Position numbers and translations under genes: made by a program. From Thermoanaerobaculia bacterium (lineage in GTDB: Bacteria > Acidobacteriota > Thermoanaerobaculia > Multivoradales > UBA5704), in NCBI GenBank assembly GCA_035940855.1, contig DASZEM010000007.1, forward strand, positions 138,928-202,927: a stretch of DNA of 64,000 bases, given 5' to 3'. Shown here in pieces: positions 18,423-28,127 of this stretch. Numbering within the stretch: position 1 is the stretch's first letter; the number at the start of each line of letters is the position of its first letter. Under the pieces are notes generated by a model. It had not been told where the DNA came from. It searched no databases and saw only the letters and a program-made list of their open reading frames with translations.

Positions 18423-20303
18423 TCATCGCCAGGGCCGCGTCTCCAGCGCCGGCGCTTTCATCACGCGGAAGTAGGGGAGGAGGCCCACCGTCTCGTCCCA
18501 GTAGGGCGTGCGGCGGTACCACCACTGATAGCGGGCGTTGCCGTCGGCGGCGAGCTTCTCGTCCTTCAGGGCGGCCTGCCACTCGGCGGCGGTCTCAGGG
18601 TCCTCGAGCATTTTGGCCGCGAAGCCTTCGAGCACCCTCGGATCGATGTACTCCTTGCCCTCGAAGACGGTCGAGAGGAGCCCCCAGGAGAGGAGCGAGT
18701 CTGGCGCCTCGGGCTCCAGGAGCTGGACGGCCACCTCGAAGTCCGGCTGGTCGGCCGGGATCCAGAGAGCTCCCGCCGGGACCTTCCGCCGCTCCGCGGC
18801 CCGCGCGGCTTTTTCCGAGATCCGCGTCAGCCCCTGGTAGCTCGACGGGGCCGGCTGCGGCTGGGAGACGCGCATCGTCTCGACCTCGATCTCGACCGGT
18901 TTCAGGACCCGCTCAACTCTCAATCCGTGCCCGCGCAGCCGCTCCTCGATCTGCGGCCAGCCGGGGAGCACCAGATAGCCACGGGGCCGGGGCACGGCCA
19001 GTGTGATCTTGGACTTGTGGCGCCAGGGCACCTCGATCTGCCGCACCTCGCCGCTCCGGAAGAGGAGGAGCGGCTGGCCGCTGACGACGGAGGTTTTCAT
19101 TTCGCCCGCGTAGACGGGGAAGCGGATCCGGTCCGCCTCGTCGCTCTCCTCGTAGCTCACCACCACGTCCGAGGGTGGCGCGTCCGGCTTGCCCTTGGCG
19201 ACCGTGGCCTCCTCGGCCTCCATTACGGCATGAATGAGCTCGGCCGGGTCGCGGGCGATCTCGTCCAGCAGGGCCAGCAGGAAGTCGCGGGTCGCGAGCA
19301 CCCGCTTCTCGTACGGCTTGTAGGAGTGCGTCTCGACCAGGATCGACGGGCGGTTGCGCAGCGGGAAATAGCCCGAGGAGTAGCGCGGCTGGCCCACCCA
19401 GGAGGTGAACCCCTTCGATGGATCGTTGCGGTCGATCAGGTCCACGTAGGGGCCGTTCTTGTGTCCGGCCCGGGCCGTGGCCGCGGTCACCGCCGGCATG
19501 TGGGCGCGCAGCCAGGCGTCCACCGGGGCGGGCGCCTGGGGCGCCTCCGCCCAGCCCCAGGTGAGGACCCAGTCGTGGTCCACGCCGTCGGTGACGTGGT
19601 TGTCCACGTGGAGGTGGGGCCGCCAAGCGTTGACCAGGGCCACGAGCGAGCGGGCCTCCTCGGAGGCGAGCTTCAGGTGGTCGCGGTTCAGGTCGAGCCC
19701 GCTGGCCGTGGTGCGGAAGCCCATGCCCTGGCGCGGACCGTTTTGGTTGGGCCGGTTGTAGGGCGAGACGCGCTCGTGGCCGTCCACGTTGTAGATCGGC
19801 AGGACGACCAGGGTCACCTTCTCCAGGATCTCGCGGTGCCGGCCCGCGGCCATGTCGCGCAGGATCATCAGCGAGGCGTCCTTGCCGTCGATCTCTCCCG
19901 CGTGAATGCCGTTCTGGATCAGCACGATGGGCTTGGGCAGCTTCTGCGCCTTGCGGCCGGTGAAGGCCTTCTCGCGGGAGACCACCACGAACGGCAGCGG
20001 CCGGCCCTGGCCCGAGCTGCCGTAGAAGCCGACGTACATCTCGGGGAAGTGGGCCTGGAGCTTCTTCAGGAAGTCGAGCGTCTCGTCGTAGCTCGACGTG
20101 GCCTGGAAGTCCGTCAGCTCCGCCCGGGTGCGCATCTGGGCCGCGGCCTCCGCGTCCTCCCGTTTGGGCGGAGCGATGGGACCGGACTCGGGGACAACCT
20201 CCTCGTCCGGATCCCCGGGCGGTGTCTGCGAACCTGGGGAGAGGGCGGCGAAGAACAGCAGGCCGGGGAGGAGGATCAGAAGAGCTCGGACGCGCTGGGA
20301 CAT
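18423..20303 (-). CDS. secreted M14-family zinc carboxypeptidase
   Basis: Start taken at MSQRVRALLILLPG, giving a signal peptide. Zn-binding HAGE motif. Confidence 0.8.
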   Translation of the reverse strand: MSQRVRALLILLPGLLFFAALSPGSQTPPGDPDEEVVPESGPIAPPKREDAEAAAQMRTRAELTDFQATSSYDETLDFLKKLQAHFPEMYVGFYGSSGQGRPLPFVVVSREKAFTGRKAQKLPKPIVLIQNGIHAGEIDGKDASLMILRDMAAGRHREILEKVTLVVLPIYNVDGHERVSPYNRPNQNGPRQGMGFRTTASGLDLNRDHLKLASEEARSLVALVNAWRPHLHVDNHVTDGVDHDWVLTWGWAEAPQAPAPVDAWLRAHMPAVTAATARAGHKNGPYVDLIDRNDPSKGFTSWVGQPRYSSGYFPLRNRPSILVETHSYKPYEKRVLATRDFLLALLDEIARDPAELIHAVMEAEEATVAKGKPDAPPSDVVVSYEESDEADRIRFPVYAGEMKTSVVSGQPLLLFRSGEVRQIEVPWRHKSKITLAVPRPRGYLVLPGWPQIEERLRGHGLRVERVLKPVEIEVETMRVSQPQPAPSSYQGLTRISEKAARAAERRKVPAGALWIPADQPDFEVAVQLLEPEAPDSLLSWGLLSTVFEGKEYIDPRVLEGFAAKMLEDPETAAEWQAALKDEKLAADGNARYQWWYRRTPYWDETVGLLPYFRVMKAPALETRPWR

Positions 20304-20497
20304 GTGGCTGGTCTCCTGGATCGGAGCGGACTGTAGCAGAGAAGAGAGGAGGGGGCTTTCCCATGAATTCGATAGTATGGGAATAAAGAGAGCAATGATA
20401 GTGGTACTACGGGCATAGGGTGTGCACCGAGGATCTCGGTGGGAGCCGATGCTCCCCGACTTCACGAAAAATCACCAGGAGAGAAGAGGAGAACATC

Positions 20498-23047
20498 ATG
20501 AACGCCATTCGTTGCCGGAGATTACCGCGGGCCCTTGCGCTGGCCGCAGGAGCGGCTCTCCTTTGTATCCCCGCGTGGGCGGCGACGCCCTCCGCTGGAA
20601 CCGTTTCCTCGTCCTCGACCCAGGCGAGCTGGGCGGGCGGGCCGCGTACCCCGACCGCTTCCGCGACCTGCGGCAGCCCCAACAACGCGAGTTGTGACAA
20701 TTACAAACTGACCATCAACCCGCCGTCCTACGCTTACAAGGTCGAGATCACCCTGACGCCGCAGCTGCCGACGGACGACTACGACCTCGAGGTCTACGCT
20801 CCCAACGGCACCCTGGCCGGCAGCTCCGGCAACAGCCCCGGCCAGGCGGAGAAGGTGGTGCTCACCAATCCGGCGGCCGGCGTCTACACGGTGACGGCCT
20901 CACCCTATGCCGCCCTGACGGCGTACAAGGCCACGGCCAAGCTCTCCCAGCTCCCGGCGGCGCCCGCGCCTTCGAACGTGACGCCGCCCCGCTACGCCAA
21001 CTACACGCCTCCGGGCGGCAAGGGACAGAGCGCCGGCGAGCCCACCCTGGGCGTCAACGAGCGGACGGGGTCGGTGATGTACATCGCCGGCACCGAGACC
21101 CTGCGGGCCGACTTCAACGACTGCACCTCGCCGGCCTCGGCGAGTTGGAAGGACGTGAGCGCCCTCCAGACCTCCCAGATCACCTTCGACCCGATCCTGT
21201 GGACGGACCAGGAGCTCGGCCGCACGTTCGTCTCCCAGCTCCTGCCCAGCAAGGTCAGCCTGATGGCCTACACGGACAACGACGGCATCACCTGGTCGCC
21301 GAGCCAGGGCGCCGGCATCAACTCCGGCGTGGACCACCAGAGCCTCGGCGGCGGCCCCTTCGCCCCGGGCCTGCTCCAGCCGCTGACCAGCTACCCGCAC
21401 ATCGTCTACTACTGCTCGCAGGACGTCGCCATGGCCCAGTGCGCCACGAGCCTGGACGGCGGCGTGACCTTCGGGCCGGCCGTGCCCATCTACAACATCA
21501 CCCAGTGCGGCGGCCTCCACGGCCACGTCAAGGTGGGGCCGGACGGCACCGCCTACGTGCCCAACAAGAGCTGCGGCAGCGGCCAGGGCTTCTCCGTGTC
21601 CACGGACAACGGCCTCTCCTGGACGGTCAAGACCGTGCCCGGCAGCTCGGGCGGCGAGTGGGATCCCTCGGTGGGCATCGCCAAGGACGGCACCGTCTAC
21701 TTCGGCTATGAGGACGGCGACGGCCATCCCAAGGTCGCCGTCTCGCACGACCAGGGCGACACCTGGGACTACATCGTGGACCTCGGCGCCCAGACCGGCC
21801 TGCAGAACATCGCCTTCCCCGCCGTCGTGGCGGGCGACGGCGACCGGGCGGCCTTCGCCTTCCTGGGCACCACGACGCCGGGCGACCTCGGCGGCGACGA
21901 TCCCAACGCCCCGGCCGTCTGGTACCTCTACGTGGCCCACACCTACGACGGCGGCGCTACCTGGACGGTGGCCAACGCCACGCCGAACGACCCCGTGCAG
22001 CGCGGCACCATCTGCAGCAGCGGCACGACCTGCGGCGCCACCCGCAACCTGCTCGACTTCATGGACGCCACCACGGACGCCCGGGGCCGGGTGCTGGTGG
22101 GCTACGCCGACGGCTGCGTGGGTGGCTGCGTGAACGGCGGCCCCAACTCGGGCACGGCGCTCGCGACCATCGCCCGCCAGATGAGCGGCAACGGCGTCTA
22201 CGCCCTCTACGACGAGCCCGAGCCGGCCCTGCCCGCGGCCCCCGCCCTCGACGCGGCCCGGACCGGCGGCTCCGTCCACCTCACCTGGTCGACGCCGGAC
22301 GAGAACGGCAGCGCGATCCTGGGCTACCGCCTCTACAAGCGGCTGCCGGGCGGCATCTCCGAGCAGTTCCAGGGCGTGAGCGGCAGCACTCATTCCTGGG
22401 ATGACTCCTCGCCGGCCGGCACGACCTACCGGGTCAAGGCCGTGAACGGCCAGGGGGAGGGACCGGCCTGCCGCGAGGTGGTCCCGGTGGCGGCCCCTCC
22501 GGCCAACCAGACCTGCACCCCGCCCGGCGCCAAGGTGGGATCGGACAACACGGGCGACTCCCCCGTGGCGGCGCTCGACATCCAGTCGCTCTCCGTGGCC
22601 GAGCCGCCCGCGTCGGACGGCTCGCACAAGATCGTCTTCACCCTCAAGGTGGCCAACCTGTCGAGCTTCACGGCGGGCAACACCTGGATGGTCCTGTGGA
22701 ACCGCCCCACGCCCGACGCCACCTACGACCGCAACTTCGTGGCCATGCGGGCGACCGCCCCGGGCGTCGTGGCGTTCAAGTACGGCAAGATCTCGCCGCC
22801 GAACGTAAACCAGGGGACCGACCTCGGCGACGCGGTGGGCTCCTACTCGGCCGACGGCACGATCACCCTCACGATCACCACCGACCAGGCGGACGACATC
22901 CAGACCGGCCAGGATCTCTCGGCCCTGGAGGTCCGCACCTTCGCGGCGAACGTGAGCGGCATGCCCGTCTCCCAGTCCACGGCCGTGGACTACAGCGGCG
23001 GGGGCAACTACACGCTGGTAGGCACCGCCCCGTGCGGCGGCAGCTAG
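20498..23047 (+). CDS. secreted PPC-domain + BNR/Asp-box beta-propeller (sialidase-like) + FN3-like protein
   Basis: Signal peptide. N-terminal pre-peptidase-C-terminal-like domain (CGSPNNASCDNYKLTI…DDYDLEVY). Multiple Asp-boxes (SxDxGxTW). C-terminal FN3-like region (LTWSTPDENGSAILGYRLY). Confidence 0.8.
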   Translation: MNAIRCRRLPRALALAAGAALLCIPAWAATPSAGTVSSSSTQASWAGGPRTPTASATCGSPNNASCDNYKLTINPPSYAYKVEITLTPQLPTDDYDLEVYAPNGTLAGSSGNSPGQAEKVVLTNPAAGVYTVTASPYAALTAYKATAKLSQLPAAPAPSNVTPPRYANYTPPGGKGQSAGEPTLGVNERTGSVMYIAGTETLRADFNDCTSPASASWKDVSALQTSQITFDPILWTDQELGRTFVSQLLPSKVSLMAYTDNDGITWSPSQGAGINSGVDHQSLGGGPFAPGLLQPLTSYPHIVYYCSQDVAMAQCATSLDGGVTFGPAVPIYNITQCGGLHGHVKVGPDGTAYVPNKSCGSGQGFSVSTDNGLSWTVKTVPGSSGGEWDPSVGIAKDGTVYFGYEDGDGHPKVAVSHDQGDTWDYIVDLGAQTGLQNIAFPAVVAGDGDRAAFAFLGTTTPGDLGGDDPNAPAVWYLYVAHTYDGGATWTVANATPNDPVQRGTICSSGTTCGATRNLLDFMDATTDARGRVLVGYADGCVGGCVNGGPNSGTALATIARQMSGNGVYALYDEPEPALPAAPALDAARTGGSVHLTWSTPDENGSAILGYRLYKRLPGGISEQFQGVSGSTHSWDDSSPAGTTYRVKAVNGQGEGPACREVVPVAAPPANQTCTPPGAKVGSDNTGDSPVAALDIQSLSVAEPPASDGSHKIVFTLKVANLSSFTAGNTWMVLWNRPTPDATYDRNFVAMRATAPGVVAFKYGKISPPNVNQGTDLGDAVGSYSADGTITLTITTDQADDIQTGQDLSALEVRTFAANVSGMPVSQSTAVDYSGGGNYTLVGTAPCGGS

Positions 23048-23088
23048 GCACGGCGGCCGGGCGCTGATCCCCGGAACGAGTCGTCCTA

Positions 23089-23128
23089 TCCCGGAGGCGT
23101 GGCACCGTGCCACGCCTCCGGATTTTTG
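23089..23128 (+). terminator. rho-independent terminator
   Basis: CCGGAGGCGTGGCAC-cg-GTGCCACGCCTCCGG (15-bp stem) followed by ATTTTTGTG, 40 nt after the stop of the gene at 20498..23047. Confidence 0.8.
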
Positions 23129-23216
23129 TGCGCAAAAGCGCAGTAGAGGAGGAATTTCCCGAAGCATTATGAAGTTATAGCTAATATCTTTTCACGACTC
23201 ACCTCAAGGAGAGAGA

Positions 23217-24935
23217 ATGCTCACCAGTGATCATTGCGTCAAGAAGGCCCTGGCGGCTGCGGCCTTGCTGGGCCTCGCAGCCTTCCCGGTCCGCGCCCTC
23301 AGCCCCTCCGCGGGCACCGTATCCTCGACCGCTCCTCAGGCAAGTTGGAGCGGCGGCCCCCGCCTGACCAGCGTGGCCACCGTCTGCGGCAGCCCCAACA
23401 ACGCGAGCTGTGACAATTACAAGCTGACTATCGCCGCGCCGTCCGGGAGCTTCAGGGTGGAGATCGTTCTCACCCCACAGCTCGTGGACGACTACGACCT
23501 CGAGGTCTACGGCCCCAACGGCGCCCTCCTGGCGACCTCCGGCAATGGTCCCGGTTCGGCCGAGAAGGTGGTCCTGAGCAACCCGGCGGGCGGCACCTAC
23601 ACCGTGGCCGCCGCCCCCTACACGGCGCTCCGGGCCTACAGCGCCACGGCCAAGCTGACCCTGGTGACACCGCCGCCTCCGCCGCCCTCGGTCACGCCGC
23701 CCGCGTACCAGGTCTTCGCCCCGCCCGCCGGGGTCGGCGCCAGCGCGGGCGAGCCGACGCTGGGGGTCGACGAGGCCACGGGCACGGCGATGTACATCGC
23801 GGGTCTCGAGACGCTCAAGGTGACGTTCAACGACTCTGTCACGCCGGCCACGGCCGCCTGGACGGACGTGAGCGCGCCGCTCACCTCGATCACCACCTTC
23901 GACCCGATCCTGTTCACGGACCAGGAGACGGGCCGCACGTTCGTCTCGCAGCTCCTGCCCACCAAGATCAGCCTGATGGAGTACACGGACGACAACGGCG
24001 CCACCTGGCACCCCAGTCAGGGCGGGGGCATCAACTCGGGCGTCGACCACCAGAGCGTGGGCGGCGGCCCCTTCGTGCCCGGCCTGCTCCAGCCGCTGAC
24101 CTCCTACCCGCACATCGTCTACTACTGCTCTCAGGACGTCGCCCTGGCCCAGTGCGCCACGAGCCTGGACGGCGGCACGACGTTCGGCCTGGCGGTGCCG
24201 ATTTACAACCTCACCCAGTGCGCGGGCCTGCATGGCCACGTCAAGGTGGCGCCGGACGGCACGGCCTACGTGCCCAACAAGAGCTGCGGCGGTGAGCAGG
24301 GCGTCGCGGTCTCGACGGACAACGGCCTCAACTGGACCGTCAAGAAGGTGCCCGGCAGCTCCCCCGGCAGCTCGGACCCGTCGGTGGGCATCGCCACGGA
24401 CGGCACGGTCTACTTCGGCTTCGCGGGCAGTGACGGCCACGCCTACGTCTCGGTCGCAGCCGCCGGCAGCCAGGGCGGCTCCTGGAGCCTCCCCTACGAC
24501 GTGGGTGCCTCGCTCGGCATCCAGAACATCGCCTTCCCGGCTGTCGTCGCGGGCGATTCCGAGCGCGCGGCCTTCGCCTTCCTGGGCACCACGGAGCCGG
24601 GCAACGCCACGGGCGACGACCCCAAATTCCGGGCCGAGTGGCACCTCTACGTGGCCCATACCTACGACGGCGGCCAGAATTGGGTGACGGTGGACGTGAC
24701 GCCCAACGACCCGGTCCAGCGGAGCACCATCTGCACCGCCGGCACGACCTGCGGCACGACCCGCAACCTGCTCGACTTCATGGACGCGACGGTGGATGCC
24801 CGTGGCCGCGTGCTGGTGGGCTACGCCGACGGCTGCGTGGGGGCCTGCGTCAGCGGCGGCACCAACACCTTCGCGGCCGAGGCCCGGATCGCCCGGCAGA
24901 AGAGCGGCAAGGGGCTCTACGCCGCGTATGACTGA
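23217..24935 (+). CDS. secreted PPC-domain + BNR/Asp-box beta-propeller protein (shorter tandem paralog of 20498..23047)
   Basis: ~75% aa identity to the upstream gene over 570 aa. Lacks the C-terminal FN3/extra domains. Confidence 0.85.
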   Translation: MLTSDHCVKKALAAAALLGLAAFPVRALSPSAGTVSSTAPQASWSGGPRLTSVATVCGSPNNASCDNYKLTIAAPSGSFRVEIVLTPQLVDDYDLEVYGPNGALLATSGNGPGSAEKVVLSNPAGGTYTVAAAPYTALRAYSATAKLTLVTPPPPPPSVTPPAYQVFAPPAGVGASAGEPTLGVDEATGTAMYIAGLETLKVTFNDSVTPATAAWTDVSAPLTSITTFDPILFTDQETGRTFVSQLLPTKISLMEYTDDNGATWHPSQGGGINSGVDHQSVGGGPFVPGLLQPLTSYPHIVYYCSQDVALAQCATSLDGGTTFGLAVPIYNLTQCAGLHGHVKVAPDGTAYVPNKSCGGEQGVAVSTDNGLNWTVKKVPGSSPGSSDPSVGIATDGTVYFGFAGSDGHAYVSVAAAGSQGGSWSLPYDVGASLGIQNIAFPAVVAGDSERAAFAFLGTTEPGNATGDDPKFRAEWHLYVAHTYDGGQNWVTVDVTPNDPVQRSTICTAGTTCGTTRNLLDFMDATVDARGRVLVGYADGCVGACVSGGTNTFAAEARIARQKSGKGLYAAYD

Positions 24936-25102
24936 GAAGTGAGCCGAGTTGGCGGAGGGCTGGGTTTCCCTTGCCGGCCCTCCTCCTTGGGAGGGTGAGG
25001 CCTTGGAAAAGGTCTTCCCGGCTTTCCTTCGGGGCGCCGTGAGGCGTCCCCTTTTTGTTCTTTGTCTATGGAACGTTTTTTGCTCGGAAATTCCGGCATC
25101 TC

Positions 25103-25954
25103 ATGCCCGCGAGATCAGGTGTCTCCGCGTCCGCTCTCCCCGTGACGATTCTGCGCCCGTCGCGGGGGTGGGTTTCGCTCGGCCTCGGGGAGCTTTGGGA
25201 ATACCGGGAGCTGCTGTACTTCCTGGTCTGGCGGGACGTCAAGGTCCGCTACAAGCAGACGGCTCTGGGCGCCGTGTGGGCGGTCCTCCAGCCCGTGGCC
25301 ACCATGGTGGTGTTCAGCCTGTTCTTCGGGCGCCTGGCCGGGGTGCCTTCGGACGGCGTGCCCTACCCGGTGTTCAGCCTGGCGGGACTAGTGCCGTGGA
25401 CGTTCTTCTCCCAGGGGCTCGTGCAGTCGGCCAACAGTCTGGTGGGCAGCCAGAACCTGCTCACCAAGGTGTACTTCCCCCGGCTGGCGATCCCCACCGC
25501 CACCGTGCTCTCCGGAGTGGTGGACTTCGCCCTCTCCTTCCTGGTGCTGATGGGAATCATGCTCTTCTATGGCATCGTGCCCACGGCACGGATCCTCTGG
25601 CTGGGGCCGCTCCTGATGCTCGCCTTCGCGACGGCCCTGGGGGTGGGGCTGTGGCTCTCGGCGCTCCACGTCAAATACCGGGACGTGCGCTACGTTGTCC
25701 CCTTCCTGGCCCAGCTCTGGCTCTTCGCCACCCCCATCGCCTATCCGAGCAGCCTCCTCCGGGAGCCGTGGCGCGCGCTCTACGGGCTCAATCCCATGGC
25801 CGGCGTGGTCGAGGGCTTCCGCTGGGCCCTGCTGGGGACGGACACGGCTCCCGGCCCCCTCCTCGCCGCCTCGGCCGCGACCTCCCTGGTCCTCCTGATC
25901 TCCGGCGCCTTCTACTTCCGGCGCATGGAGCGGACGTTCGCGGACTTCGTATGA
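25103..25954 (+). CDS. wzm: ABC-2 type polysaccharide/O-antigen export permease (Wzm-like)
   Basis: Six TM segments with the ABC2_membrane signature (WRDVKVRYKQTALGAVWAVLQP). Confidence 0.85.
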   Translation: MPARSGVSASALPVTILRPSRGWVSLGLGELWEYRELLYFLVWRDVKVRYKQTALGAVWAVLQPVATMVVFSLFFGRLAGVPSDGVPYPVFSLAGLVPWTFFSQGLVQSANSLVGSQNLLTKVYFPRLAIPTATVLSGVVDFALSFLVLMGIMLFYGIVPTARILWLGPLLMLAFATALGVGLWLSALHVKYRDVRYVVPFLAQLWLFATPIAYPSSLLREPWRALYGLNPMAGVVEGFRWALLGTDTAPGPLLAASAATSLVLLISGAFYFRRMERTFADFV

Positions 25955-27216
25955 GCGGGGCGATCCGGGCCGAGGGTCTCGGCAAGCTGTACCGCATCGG
26001 GCGACTGGAGTCCCGGTATGACACCTTAAGGGATGCCTTGGCGGGGTGGGGACGCCGCTTGGTGGAGCGGCGAAAAGGGTCTGGCGGGGAAGACACCTTG
26101 TGGGCGCTCCGGGACGTCTCCTTCGAGATCGGCCGGGGGGAGGCCGTGGGCCTGATCGGCGGCAACGGCGCGGGCAAGAGCACGCTGCTCAAGATCCTCT
26201 CCAGGATCACCGAGCCCACCACCGGCGAGGCCCGCATCGAGGGGCGGGTGGGCTCGCTTCTGGAGGTGGGCACGGGCTTCCACTCCGAGCTGAGCGGGCG
26301 GGAGAACGTCTATCTGGCCGGCGCCATCCTGGGCATGAAGCGGGCGGAGATCACCCGCAAGCTCGACGAGATCGTCGCCTTCGCGGAGGTCGAGCGGTTC
26401 CTCGACACGCCGGTCAAGCGCTACTCGAGCGGCATGTATCTGCGGCTGGCCTTCGCCGTGGCCGCCCACCTCGAGCCCGAGATCCTGCTGGTGGACGAGG
26501 TGCTGGCCGTGGGAGACGCCGCCTTCCAGAAGAAGTGCCTGGGGAAGATGGGCGACGTGGCCCGGCAGGGGCGCACGGTGCTCTTCGTCAGCCACAACAT
26601 GGTCGCCATCGAGGGGCTCTGCCAGCGGGTGCTCTGGCTGCGGGACGGCCGGGTGGCCGAGGACGGTCCCGCGGGGCGGGTGGTCTCCGAGTATCTCAAG
26701 ACCTCTTCGGCGCCCGCCCCCGAGCGGCTGTGGTGCGACCGGGACACGGCCCCCGGCAACGAGAAGGTGCGCCTCCGGAGCGCCCGCGTCCGGCCCGCGT
26801 CCGGCTCGCCGGGGGACCCCGTCACGGTACGGACGCCGCTCGTCTTCGAATTCGAGTACTGGAACCTCCAGCCCGGCGCGCGGCTGAATCTGAGCCTCCA
26901 TCTCTACAACGAGCAGGGGGTCCTGGTGTTCAACGCCGGCCCCCTCGATCCCCCTCCGTCCTTCCCGGCCGGCCTGTTCCGGGACGTCTGCCAAGTGCCG
27001 GGGGACTTCCTCAACGACGGGGTCCACAGCGTCGAGCTGATGGTGGTGCAGGACCTCGGCAAGGTGCTCTTCCGGATCGCCGACCTCCTGGTGTTCGACG
27101 TGCGCGACACGGTGGAGATGCGGGGCGAGTGGTACGGCAAGTGGCCCGGGGCGGTCCGTCCCCTGCTGCCCTGGAGCACCGAGGCGGTTGAGGTGCCGGT
27201 GGAGGAGCCCGCGTGA
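25951..27216 (+). CDS. wzt: ABC transporter ATP-binding protein Wzt-like with C-terminal carbohydrate-binding (Wzt_C) domain
   Basis: Walker A GGNGAGKST, signature YSSGMYLRL, Walker B LLVDEV. A ~150-aa C-terminal beta-sandwich extension. ATGA overlap with wzm. Confidence 0.9.
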   Translation: MSGAIRAEGLGKLYRIGRLESRYDTLRDALAGWGRRLVERRKGSGGEDTLWALRDVSFEIGRGEAVGLIGGNGAGKSTLLKILSRITEPTTGEARIEGRVGSLLEVGTGFHSELSGRENVYLAGAILGMKRAEITRKLDEIVAFAEVERFLDTPVKRYSSGMYLRLAFAVAAHLEPEILLVDEVLAVGDAAFQKKCLGKMGDVARQGRTVLFVSHNMVAIEGLCQRVLWLRDGRVAEDGPAGRVVSEYLKTSSAPAPERLWCDRDTAPGNEKVRLRSARVRPASGSPGDPVTVRTPLVFEFEYWNLQPGARLNLSLHLYNEQGVLVFNAGPLDPPPSFPAGLFRDVCQVPGDFLNDGVHSVELMVVQDLGKVLFRIADLLVFDVRDTVEMRGEWYGKWPGAVRPLLPWSTEAVEVPVEEPA

Positions 27217-28127
27217 CCGGCTATCTGCATCCCGGGTACGCGGCCTCGCTGGCCGGGCTCGGCAAGCCGCGCCTGCTGCCGGCGAGCGGCGGGTGGATCC
27301 TGGAGCGGGAGATTCCGGGCTCCTCCGGCCGGGACGCCATGGGCTGCTACCCGCTGTTCGCCTGCCAGTGCTGGGATCGGTTGGAAGAGGACCTCCGGGA
27401 CCTGGAGGGTCTGGTGAGCCTGGCGCTGGTGGCCGATCCGTTCGGCGACTATGACGAGCCTTTGCTGCGCCGCTGCTTCGACCGGGTCGTGCCGTTCAAG
27501 CGGCATTTCGTGGTCGACCTCGGCCGGCCGCTGGCGGAGATCGGCTCGAAGCACCACCGCTACTACCAGCGCCGGGCGTCCGCTGGCGTCGAGGTGGAGG
27601 AGTGTCCGTGCCCGGCCGAACACCTGGACGAGTGGACCGGCCTTTACGGCCACCTGGTCCGCCGGCACGGCCTCACGGGGATCCAGGCGTTCTCGCGCGC
27701 CGCCTTTGCCGCGCAGCTCTCGACGCCGGGCCTCGTCATGCTGCGGGCCGTCCATTTGGGCGAGACGGTGGGCATCCACCTCTGGTATTTGCAAGGCGAG
27801 GTCGCCTACAGCCATCTTCAGGCGAGCAGTGACCTCGGGTATCGCCTGATGGCCTCCTACGCGCTGTATGGCGCGGCCCTCCGCCTCCTGGCCCCGTGGG
27901 TCCGCTGGCTCGACCTGGGGGCCGGAGCGGGGATCGCCGAGCCGTCGCGCGGGCTCGAACAGTTCAAGGCGGGTTGGGCCACGGGGACCCGGACGGCCTG
28001 GTTCTGTGGCCGGGTGCTCGATCCGGAGCGGTACGCCACATTGTCTGCGGGCGCCGGGCGGGAGCCCGCGGACTACTTCCCGGCCTACCGGGCCGGTGAG
28101 ATGGAAGCGAGGTCTCCCGCGGCATGA
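27213..28127 (+). CDS. FemAB-family / BioF2-like GNAT-fold (Acetyltransf_6) transferase
   Basis: C-terminal GLEQFKAGWATG resembles the FemABX GLxxFKxxFG motif. 304 aa. ATGA-coupled to its paralog. Confidence 0.55.
   Translation: MTGYLHPGYAASLAGLGKPRLLPASGGWILEREIPGSSGRDAMGCYPLFACQCWDRLEEDLRDLEGLVSLALVADPFGDYDEPLLRRCFDRVVPFKRHFVVDLGRPLAEIGSKHHRYYQRRASAGVEVEECPCPAEHLDEWTGLYGHLVRRHGLTGIQAFSRAAFAAQLSTPGLVMLRAVHLGETVGIHLWYLQGEVAYSHLQASSDLGYRLMASYALYGAALRLLAPWVRWLDLGAGAGIAEPSRGLEQFKAGWATGTRTAWFCGRVLDPERYATLSAGAGREPADYFPAYRAGEMEARSPAA

Noticed and set aside
24949-27216. 755-aa ORF that fuses an upstream frame to wzt
   Set aside because: The upstream 330 codons are an alternative frame across wzm. 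The real wzt starts at the ATG at 25951, ATGA-coupled to wzm.
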